A stretch of DNA of 32,000 bases. It comes from Edaphobacter aggregans. Lineage in GTDB: Bacteria > Acidobacteriota > Terriglobia > Terriglobales > Acidobacteriaceae. Of this stretch, positions 25,506 to 32,000 are shown piece after piece. The stretch spans positions 3,690,001 through 3,722,000 of the forward strand of contig NZ_RSDW01000001.1 of assembly GCF_003945235.1 (NCBI RefSeq), in the 5' to 3' direction. The notes beneath the pieces were generated by a model. That model was not told the DNA's origin, ran no database searches, and saw nothing but the letters and a program-made list of their open reading frames with translations. Within the stretch, counting starts at the first letter, position 1. Each line of letters starts with the position of its first letter. The translations under genes were made by a program, and so were the position numbers.

Positions 25506-26884
25506 GTTGCGGCTGATTGAGCTGCTGCGCGGGCGTCACGTATCAGATCGGGCAGGCCTACTCCGCGGTATCCGTTTCCAAGGAGCCATAGGCCTTTCAG
25601 GCTACTGACACGTTCGTCGAGTTCTGCCATGCGCTCGAGGTGTCCTACGGCGTACTGGGGCAGGCTGTTGGGCCAACGGCGTACTACGGTGACTTGCGGC
25701 TCGGGGAGTGGACCGAGGATGCGAGCGAGTTCGAGGCGGGCTATGGCGGCGATCTCGTCGTTGCCGCAGCGCATGAGGCGGTTAGCTGCGGCTCCTCCGA
25801 AGAATGCGCGGAGGATACGGCCTCCGGGTGGGACGCGGTCGGCGAACTTCTGGTCCATGAAGGTGGCGGCCAGAAGAAGGTTGTTTGAGCCAGGGGGGAC
25901 GAGGAAGCCGAATCCGAGTGGAAGGGAGAGGCTGGTGGCGTTGGCGAAGCCAAATCCTACGACTACGGCGGAGCTGGCTTCCATGGACATCAGATCGGCG
26001 GCTTGAGGGGCGATGGGCTCGATGAGCGCGCGGGCTACGTCGACGGGTGCGGCCATCATGACAGCGTCGAAGCGCTCGATCTCTTTGCCGGTGCCGATGA
26101 GCCAGCAATCGTCTTCGCGGGAGAGGTACTGGACGGTGTCTCCGAGGCGAATCCAGTTGGTGGGTATGGCGGCGATCAGGTGGTCGATGAGGGTTCCGAG
26201 ACCGCTGCGCAGAGTGGTGAAGATCGCTGCGGGTTTGCTGTTGGTTGCTGCTCGGGCCCGCGCGGCGGCGATGAGGCTGCCGTGTTCGCGCTCCATTGCT
26301 ACGAACGGGGCCATGACGGCGCGGACGCTGAGCTTGGTTACGTCGCCACCGAAGACTCCGCTGAGAAGGGGCGCTCCGATTTTTTCGAGGACCTCGTCAC
26401 CGAAGTGACGGTGGACAAAGGTGGCTACGCTTTCGTCTTGCTGGGGGGCGGAGGATTTGAGCTCCCCGGCTCGGGTTATCTCATTGTGAAAGGACTGCTT
26501 TGCTTCGGGGCTGAAGAGGTTGGATGTGTCTAGTGCAGCGAGGTCGGTGGGAACCATCATGCGCATGCCGTCGGGCATGGCCTGGAGGTGTCCGTCGATG
26601 AGGACGTAGGTTTTGCGGGTGGCGTCGTTGGAGGGGATGATCTCCTCGGCGAGGCCGAGTTCTTCGACGAGGGTGCGGGCCCAGGGTTTTTCGGTGACCC
26701 AGGCGTCGGGGCCGCACTCGAGGATAAAGCCGCCTTCGCGAACGGTTTCGACGATGCCTCCGAGATGGTGGGTGGATTCGAAGAGGATGGCTTCGACGGG
26801 GTTGCCTGCCTGAACCAGCTTTGCCAGCTCGTAGGCTGCGGTTAGTCCGGCGATGCCTCCCCCTACGATTGCGATCCGCTTCAC
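25502..26884 (-). CDS. hemY: Protoporphyrinogen/coproporphyrinogen III oxidase, FAD-dependent (HemY family)
   Basis: N-terminal dinucleotide-binding motif MKRIAIVGGGIAGLTAAYELA. The length (460 aa) and overall pattern are typical of HemY/PPOX (..GGIVETVREGGFILECGPD.., ..RWPNSLPQYAVGH.., ..LLGNGYRGVGLPD..). Confidence 0.85.
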   Translation of the reverse strand: MKRIAIVGGGIAGLTAAYELAKLVQAGNPVEAILFESTHHLGGIVETVREGGFILECGPDAWVTEKPWARTLVEELGLAEEIIPSNDATRKTYVLIDGHLQAMPDGMRMMVPTDLAALDTSNLFSPEAKQSFHNEITRAGELKSSAPQQDESVATFVHRHFGDEVLEKIGAPLLSGVFGGDVTKLSVRAVMAPFVAMEREHGSLIAAARARAATNSKPAAIFTTLRSGLGTLIDHLIAAIPTNWIRLGDTVQYLSREDDCWLIGTGKEIERFDAVMMAAPVDVARALIEPIAPQAADLMSMEASSAVVVGFGFANATSLSLPLGFGFLVPPGSNNLLLAATFMDQKFADRVPPGGRILRAFFGGAAANRLMRCGNDEIAAIARLELARILGPLPEPQVTVVRRWPNSLPQYAVGHLERMAELDERVSSLKGLWLLGNGYRGVGLPDLIRDARAAAQSAAT

Positions 26885-27392
26885 TGGTTCTCCCTCTGGT
26901 GCGCCTAGAGTATTTTGCCTGTGGGAGACAGGTTTGTGCGGGTGCAGCCTCCCCCCTGGGGGACTAAAAGTACTAAAGTCTTGATTTTATTTATTTTAGG
27001 TTTGGACTTATGGTGTAAAGCACTCCATTCGATTGACTTGTTTATGTGATGCTCTCTTTTTGAAAGAGAAAGCCCCGGCGGGTAGCCAGGGCCTATCTTT
27101 TTGAACTCTATGACCAGTATAGCGGTTTGGGTGGAATTGTCCCGCATGCAAATCTCCTGAATTGGCGCGGGTATTTGCGATTCCGGGGTTGACACGGATT
27201 AAGGCGTAAACGGTGATCCAAAGGATAACGGCGGATAAAAAGCAAAGACGGGGGATAAGGTTTTTTGCACTTGTCGCCCTGGCCCATTATTCTGATCTCC
27301 ACACAACCAAAACTGATACTTTTTTCATACTCACGTTTTTCAATCTGTTGCATCCTACCCCAGTACGTTTTATTCACCGAGGAGAAATTGTC

Positions 27393-27713
27393 ATGGTCAT
27401 CGAGACCCCAGTTATCAACATCAACAACAGCACGCTCATCCTGGGTCTCGACCCGTTTATCGGTTCCTACTCTGAAGAACTTCAGGCCGCCTATCGTATC
27501 GATGATCCGGAAGACGACGATCTGGAGATCGATGAGCCGAAGTATGAAGACGATGAGGACGAGGAAGACGACGACGAGTACGAAGATGACGACGATGAAG
27601 ATGAAGACGACGAGGATGAGGAAGACGACGAGTACGAGGATGATGAGGACGAGTACGACGATGATGAGGATGAAGACGACGATGAGGATGAAGAGTCAGA
27701 GCCCATCGATTGA
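27393..27713 (+). CDS. Hyper-acidic 106-aa protein (36-aa neutral N-terminal segment plus 70-aa D/E/Y tail)
   Basis: ATG 27393 has a strong SD (GAGGAG 8 nt upstream). The track's 166-aa version begins at an upstream GTG in the same frame. The tail has 58 Asp/Glu in 70 residues, one Lys, and four Tyr in (K/E)Y(E/D)DD contexts. Confidence 0.6.
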   Translation: MVIETPVININNSTLILGLDPFIGSYSEELQAAYRIDDPEDDDLEIDEPKYEDDEDEEDDDEYEDDDDEDEDDEDEEDDEYEDDEDEYDDDEDEDDDEDEESEPID

Positions 27714-27761
27714 GGTCGTCGTTTAGGTCGGGAGGGCTGCAGTTGACGGCAGGGGAAATTC

Positions 27762-27785
27762 CAGGCCCATTGGCCTTTATTGCTT
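27762..27785 (+). terminator. Weak stem-loop plus T-rich tract downstream of the acidic-protein gene
   Basis: AGGCC-CATT-GGCCT followed by TTATTGCTTTCTT. Confidence 0.3.
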
Positions 27786-27910
27786 TCTTAGAACATTTCG
27801 ATTCGAGGGGAAAGATGGATCGCGATTGCCCACCTTAGCGACGATAAAACCGTCGCGAAGATGGGGCACCTAGATGGTTGCCCCCAAATAGCGGCCGCAC
27901 CTACGTGAGC

Positions 27911-28882
27911 TTAGTAGCCGTCGTCTGAGACTACGTTTTCGAGGGACTCGCCTGCCAGGTAGCGTTTGACTTGGGCTACTCCGAAGCGGAAGGCGCGGTG
28001 GATGAAGTCGGGTGTCGATCCGGCTACGTGTGGGGTGATGAGGCAGTTGGGCGCGGACCAGAGGGGGTGTCCTTTGGGTAAGGGTTCGGGGTCGGTTACA
28101 TCGAGGGCCGCTCGCAGCTTGTGTTGGTTCAGGGCCTCGACCAGGGCCTCGGTTGAGACTACGGGGCCGCGGGAGGCATTCACGAGGAGTGCTCCGTGCT
28201 TCATGAGCGCGATTTCTTTTGCGGCGATGAGTCCGCGAGTCTGGTCGGTCAAGGGGACCGTGATGGTGATGATGTCCGCTTGCGGGATGAGTTGGTGCAG
28301 ATCATCGATTGCGGAGACTGCGGGGTCGGTCTTTGCTGAGCGGGCTACACGGAGGATCTTGACGCCAAAGGGGGCGAGGCGAGCTTCGATAGCTGCGCCG
28401 ATGGATCCGTAGCCTACGATGAGGACGGTTTTGTCGGCGAGGTCGTCGCCGAGGACTCGGTACTGGCCCATCTGGGGGCCGCTCTCGTTGAGGAAGCCGT
28501 CGAGGACGGATGCCTGACCGATCCATTCCTGACGGAGTTGCGCGTCGCGGTAGAGGGGGAACCGTTTAACGGAGGACATGATGGCTGCGAGGACCCACTC
28601 GGATGTGGAGATGTCGTGGATGCCTCGGCCGTCGCAGAGGGTGACGCCTTTGGGAAGCCAGGGGGTGATCCAGTCGACGCCGGCCATCATGGATTGAATG
28701 ACTTTGACGTCGCGGAGGTGGGAGAAGGTTTCGGCCGCGTCTTTGCGGAAGAAGAGGAGGATCAGGAAGTCGACCGAGATTTCTCCAACGGGGTGGCGGG
28801 GGATGCGTACGATTTCGGCTTCGGGTGGGAAGCCGGTTAGAAGATCGGAGGAGAGGTTTGCGTCGACACCAACTCGTAGCAT
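27911..28882 (-). CDS. D-isomer-specific 2-hydroxyacid dehydrogenase family, NAD-binding
   Basis: Rossmann motif VLIVGYGSIGAAIEARLAPFG. Catalytic-region pattern NASRGPVV...AALDVTDPEPLP..HPLW...LITPHVAGST. Confidence 0.85.
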   Translation of the reverse strand: MLRVGVDANLSSDLLTGFPPEAEIVRIPRHPVGEISVDFLILLFFRKDAAETFSHLRDVKVIQSMMAGVDWITPWLPKGVTLCDGRGIHDISTSEWVLAAIMSSVKRFPLYRDAQLRQEWIGQASVLDGFLNESGPQMGQYRVLGDDLADKTVLIVGYGSIGAAIEARLAPFGVKILRVARSAKTDPAVSAIDDLHQLIPQADIITITVPLTDQTRGLIAAKEIALMKHGALLVNASRGPVVSTEALVEALNQHKLRAALDVTDPEPLPKGHPLWSAPNCLITPHVAGSTPDFIHRAFRFGVAQVKRYLAGESLENVVSDDGY

Positions 28883-29030
28883 GTTGGGAGTTTGCCTGAG
28901 GGGAGGGAGGTTTCACAACATCCGGCTTTGGTGTGAGAAGCTACTCGGGTTGAGTCGGATGGTGTTGACAGCGTTGACTGGGATGGTTAGGGTTAGCGAC
29001 GTTACCGGTTACGAATGGAGGTTTTTGAGG

Positions 29031-29129
29031 ATGGGGCGTGGTGTGAAGGCTGTGGTTACGGATAGTCATTTCTGGGTGCCGTTTGCGGTGCTTTTGGCGG
29101 GGATTGGGCTTTTGGTGGTTCTGCACTAA
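29031..29129 (+). CDS. Possible 32-aa single-TM small protein upstream of the transporter gene
   Basis: ATG 29031 is preceded by GGAGG (9 nt). The product is MGRGVKAVVTDSHFWVPFAVLLAGIGLLVVLH and ends 33 nt before the transporter start. It is below the ORF-track size cutoff except as part of a longer, unlikely 143-aa frame. Confidence 0.3.
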   Translation: MGRGVKAVVTDSHFWVPFAVLLAGIGLLVVLH

Positions 29130-29162
29130 GTCAAAAACGATTGGTAAGAGCTGGAGAGATGG

Positions 29163-30449
29163 ATGGCAACTGTGGTTTCGAAGACGGTAAAGGGTGGTTT
29201 GTCGCTGCATGGGCTGGGTGTGATCTGCGGGTTGACGGCCGGGGTTTGGCTGGGTGCGGCGGAGGCTCCGACGAAGCTGGTGAATGCGGGGTTCTCTCCG
29301 TTTGCGATTTCGTTGTGTATGGTCGCGGGGGTGTTTACGGCTCGGTGGACGTTTCCTACGCTGCTGAAGGGGACGGGGTATGTGTTTGCCGATCTGGGGG
29401 CGAAGAAGCATTTGATTGTGTGGGCTCTGCTGGCGGGGGCGCTTTGGGCGGTGGCGAATACGTTGACGGTGTTTGCTATTCGGGATGTGGGGCTGGCGGT
29501 GGCGTTTCCGATGTGGAATGCGAACTCGCTGATTGGGTTGTTCTGGGGGCGGGTGCTGTTTTGTGAGTTGAAGGGAGCTAACGCGAAGAACATCAGCAAG
29601 GTTGTGGTGGGCGCGGTGTCGATTGTGATTGCGGCGGTGATGCTGGGGTTCAGCACGATTCATGGCGGGGCGATGGGGCAGCATGCTGTGCGAGGGATTA
29701 CGGCCGCTCTGGGCGCGAGCTTGATGTGGGGGACGATGTATGTGCCTTATCGGAAGGCTTATTTGAGCGGGATGAATCCGCTGTCGTTTGTGACGGCATT
29801 TACGGTGGGAGAGCTGGGGACGGTGCTGGCGCTGACGCTGGCTCTGGATGGCGGAGTGCACTCTACGGCGTTTCATCTGTTTCGTATGCCGGGGGTTCTG
29901 TTCTGGCTGTTTCTGGGTGGGTTCGTTTGGGTGATTGGGGATCTGTTTCAGCAGTTTGCGGCGAAGTATCTGGGGATTGGGCGGGGGATTCCGCTGTCGA
30001 ATACGAATCAGTTGTGGGGGTTGGCTTGGGGCGCTCTGGTGTTTGGGGAGTTGGCGGGGGCGGACCGGTCGCATAAGCTGCTGGTGGTTGGCGGGTCGGT
30101 GATGATGATTCTGGGGGCGCTGGCGATTTGTACGGCGGTGGCTTCGGCGAAGGAGATGAGCTCGACCAATGAGGCTGTGTTGCGGGAGTGCGACCGGTAT
30201 GGGATGGATTACAACCGCACGCTGCTGGCTCAGGCGGGCGATGAGTTTGGCGGGGCGGGGGAGAAGCGGCGGTGGTGGGATTATGCGATCGTGCTGGTTG
30301 CTACTGGGGTGTTTGTGACGTTGGGAGTGCGGGCGGTTGTGCCTCCGCTGGAGATGGATTTGAAGTGGGTTGGGGCGCTGGGTGCTGTGTTGGTTGTTAG
30401 TTTGGGGTTGGGGGGATGGAGCCTTTGGCGGCGGACCCGGTTTTCTTAG
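29163..30449 (+). CDS. Polytopic membrane protein, GRP/DMT-superfamily sugar-transporter-like, with a C-terminal extension
   Basis: It has about 10 hydrophobic segments in two halves, resembling GlcU/GRP-type transporters (..LGIGRGIPLSNTNQLWGLAWGALVFGE..). A roughly 100-aa extension adds two more hydrophobic segments. The substrate is unknown. Confidence 0.7.
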   Translation: MATVVSKTVKGGLSLHGLGVICGLTAGVWLGAAEAPTKLVNAGFSPFAISLCMVAGVFTARWTFPTLLKGTGYVFADLGAKKHLIVWALLAGALWAVANTLTVFAIRDVGLAVAFPMWNANSLIGLFWGRVLFCELKGANAKNISKVVVGAVSIVIAAVMLGFSTIHGGAMGQHAVRGITAALGASLMWGTMYVPYRKAYLSGMNPLSFVTAFTVGELGTVLALTLALDGGVHSTAFHLFRMPGVLFWLFLGGFVWVIGDLFQQFAAKYLGIGRGIPLSNTNQLWGLAWGALVFGELAGADRSHKLLVVGGSVMMILGALAICTAVASAKEMSSTNEAVLRECDRYGMDYNRTLLAQAGDEFGGAGEKRRWWDYAIVLVATGVFVTLGVRAVVPPLEMDLKWVGALGAVLVVSLGLGGWSLWRRTRFS

Positions 30450-30514
30450 GGATGTAGTAAGGATTTAGTCGCTACGTCCTTCGGACTTCGCTCCGGCCTT
30501 CGGGAGAGCGGTGG

Positions 30515-30535
30515 GCCGCCTTTGGCGGCGCTTTT
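30515..30535 (+). terminator. Candidate terminator hairpin after the transporter gene
   Basis: GCCGCC-TTT-GGCGGC followed by GCTTTTG. The short loop and short T-run make it weak. Confidence 0.35.
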
Positions 30536-30539
30536 GAGA

Positions 30540-30559
30540 CCCGAGGCTGGAGCCTCGGG
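30540..30559. repeat. 20-bp near-perfect palindrome CCCGAGGCT-GG-AGCCTCGGG (REP-like hairpin)
   Basis: Read directly: 9-bp arms are exact reverse complements. Confidence 0.6.
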
Positions 30560-30599
30560 GTACCTAGAAGCAAGGGCAAAGGCAAAAATAAGAACAAGG

Positions 30600-30635
30600 G
30601 CAACAGCAAGAACAAAAGCAACAGCAAGAACAAAA
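30600..30635. repeat. Perfect 18-bp tandem duplication (GCAACAGCAAGAACAAAA x2) within an A/C-rich tract
   Basis: Read directly: 30600-30617 equals 30618-30635. Confidence 0.85.
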
Positions 30636-30670
30636 GCCAATGCGGGGGTTCTTCGCTTCGCTCAGAATGA

Positions 30671-30710
30671 CAAACAAAAACAAAAACAAAAACAAAAACA
30701 ACGGCAACGG
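30671..30710. repeat. Microsatellites: (CAAAAA)x4 followed by (CAACGG)x2
   Basis: Read directly: CAAAAA units at 30675-30698, then CAACGG units at 30699-30710. The plus strand here is almost free of T. Confidence 0.85.
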
Positions 30711-30784
30711 CAAAAGAGAAATGCAGGGATTTTTCCCCCTTCGACCATGGTCAGGGTCAGAAGGACGGCGTTCCTGTTTTCGAA

Positions 30785-32000
30785 TTATTCGGTGCGGAGG
30801 ATGATGACTGGGTCGGTTTGTAGGGCGTGGATTACGGGTGGGAGTGCGGCTAATACGGCGGCGGCGAGGATTGTCAGCGATGGGAGTATGAGCATTGCTG
30901 GGTCGGTGGCTTTGACTTGGTAGAAGAGGGTCTCGATGTATCGCACGGATGCCATGCCGAGGGTTAGGCCGGCGATGGCTCCGATGAGCACCATGGAGAA
31001 GACGCGGGCGGTTACGAGTCGGGCTATGACGCTGCGCTGTGCGCCGATTGCCATGCGGATGCCGATCTCGCGTTGGCGTTGCAATACTGAGTAGTTGAGG
31101 ACGCCGTAGAGGCCGATGCCTGCGAGTAAGAGTGCGACGGCAGCGAAGAAGAGTCCCAGCATGGCCAGAAGGCGCTCGCGGACGGTTTGGGCGCGGACCA
31201 GTTCGGCCTGGGTGCGGATGTTGCTGACGCGGAAGTCGGCGCGGGCCCGGGGGACTTCCTGACGGAGGACAGGCGCGAGTGCGAGGGGATTTGCGCTGGA
31301 GGTTCGGATGAGGAAGGTACCGCTGGTTGTGAGTATGGGTGCGCCTTTGGCGTCGACCTGGTGGAAGGGGACGTAGGCTGTGGGAAGGATCGGCTCGCGC
31401 AGGCTGCGGTAGGGGGCGTCGCGGACGAGGGCTACAACCTCGTAACGGTTGTTTCCTTTGCCGAAGAATTTTCCGACGGGATTTTCGCCGTTGAAGTAGG
31501 TCTTCGCGAAGGTATCGTTGACGATGGCGGCGCCGGGTGAGGTGTCGGTTATGCGGAGGTCGCGGCCGTCCAGAAAGGGAATCTTCATGGTGCTGGTCCA
31601 GCCGGGGGAGACGGGCAGGAAGTAGGCGAGATCAGGACTTGTGATGACGCCGTTGATTGCGATGAAGCCGTTCCATGAGTTACCTCCGAGCAGAGGCCAG
31701 CCTGAGAGGGCTACTGCTTCGACGCCGGGGACTGAGCGAAGATCGTCGGCTACCTGATCCCAGAAGACTGGTGGTTGTGCGTGGTGGGCCACGGTTTCGA
31801 GGAGGAGAAGGCGGTCGGTGGAGAAACCCATGGGACGGTTAGAAAGACGGTTGAAGGTTGCCACGAAGAGTCCCGCGACGAAGACGACGAGGAAGCAGAA
31901 GGCTACCTGGACGGCGATCATGCTGTGCATGAGACGGCGGCGTGAGTGTGGGTCGTCTCCGCCTTTGAGTGCGCTGACTGGTTTGACCGCTGAGGCTCGC
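30785..32000 (-). CDS. ADOP-family (MacB/FtsX-like) ABC transporter permease, C-terminal half; N-terminus beyond the window
   Basis: C-terminal FtsX domain (..RERLLAMLGLFFAAVALLLAGIGLYGVLNYSVLQRQREIGIRMAIGAQRSVIARLV...). The frame stays open upstream of the track's Met (31930) to base 32000 (RASAVKPVSALKGGDDPHSRRRL-MHSM...), so the gene is truncated by the window edge. Confidence 0.85.
   Translation of the reverse strand, partial: RASAVKPVSALKGGDDPHSRRRLMHSMIAVQVAFCFLVVFVAGLFVATFNRLSNRPMGFSTDRLLLLETVAHHAQPPVFWDQVADDLRSVPGVEAVALSGWPLLGGNSWNGFIAINGVITSPDLAYFLPVSPGWTSTMKIPFLDGRDLRITDTSPGAAIVNDTFAKTYFNGENPVGKFFGKGNNRYEVVALVRDAPYRSLREPILPTAYVPFHQVDAKGAPILTTSGTFLIRTSSANPLALAPVLRQEVPRARADFRVSNIRTQAELVRAQTVRERLLAMLGLFFAAVALLLAGIGLYGVLNYSVLQRQREIGIRMAIGAQRSVIARLVTARVFSMVLIGAIAGLTLGMASVRYIETLFYQVKATDPAMLILPSLTILAAAVLAALPPVIHALQTDPVIILRTE

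Noticed and set aside
27491-27706. 71-aa poly-Ser ORF on the minus strand, and the 153-aa K/T/M-rich alternative plus frame (27265-27726)
   Set aside because: They are products of the same GAN-repeat DNA. Only the D/E frame has a strong SD, a non-repetitive N-terminal segment and a downstream stem-loop. Strand choice remains unproven without expression data.
28941-30074. 377-aa minus-strand ORF rich in Pro/Arg/His/Gln
   Set aside because: It is entirely antisense to the well-supported polytopic transporter gene. It has extreme low-complexity composition typical of mirror frames in GC-rich DNA, and no start context or domain signal.
30568-30716. Possible CRISPR array
   Set aside because: The repeat units are 6-18 bp and directly adjacent, with no unique spacers. 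No cas genes are present.
30446-30923. ORFs 30446-30640(-) (AFVLAVAFVLAV...) and 30522-30923(+) (..QKQKQKQKQRQRQK..)
   Set aside because: They are translations of tandem A/C-rich repeats and REP-like hairpins in an intergenic region. The plus ORF also runs antisense into the ADOP gene.
1-32000. Search for tRNA/rRNA genes, transposases, integrases, phage or defence-system genes
   Set aside because: No cloverleaf-like or rRNA-like sequence was noticed in intergenic regions. No ORF had transposase, integrase, nuclease or defence hallmarks.

Overview
GC-rich chromosomal segment. The gene content (an ADOP-type duplicated FtsX permease, a TIGR03435-type domain, giant FG-GAP/Ig-like surface proteins, A/C-rich intergenic repeats) suggests Acidobacteriota (Terriglobia-like); this is inference from memory, not a search. 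The left third (1-10.9 kb) is a complete XrtA-type exosortase/PEP-CTERM exopolysaccharide locus. It has prsT-like TPR lipoprotein, epsI and exosortase on the minus strand. Diverging from them is a tightly coupled operon: Wza-like exporter, OM beta-barrel, Wzz-like chain-length determinant, ExeA-like ATPase, BY-kinase and priming sugar transferase. I find -24/-12 sigma54-type promoter matches with correct spacing on both sides of the divergent intergenic region. Next come two divergently transcribed sigma54 enhancer-binding proteins (10.98-14.0 kb). One has no sensory domain. The other has a receiver domain lacking the phospho-acceptor Asp and is translationally abutted to an unknown 164-aa protein. 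No histidine kinase is present in the window. The middle holds a PcfJ-like orphan, a thioredoxin(TlpA-like)-TIGR03435 fusion, and a 2275-aa secreted protein (FG-GAP propeller plus about 19 Ig-like repeats). The C-terminus of that giant protein carries an internal PEP-CTERM-like helix/Arg cluster without the PEP motif. This is followed by a second helix with a lipobox-like LSGC and a short beta-strand tail. A small OM beta-barrel gene follows. The right part holds hemY-type protoporphyrinogen oxidase, a 106-aa hyper-acidic protein (58 D/E in its last 70 residues), a 2-hydroxyacid dehydrogenase, a GRP/DMT-like transporter, a composite A/C-rich tandem-repeat/hairpin element, and a partial ADOP permease. 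I saw no tRNA/rRNA, CRISPR, transposase or integrase. Most long antisense ORFs in the track are GC-rich mirror-frame artefacts. The most novel candidates are the kinase-less dual-EBP module with its 164-aa partner, the internal exosortase-signal-like C-terminal module of the giant adhesin, and the hyper-acidic protein.
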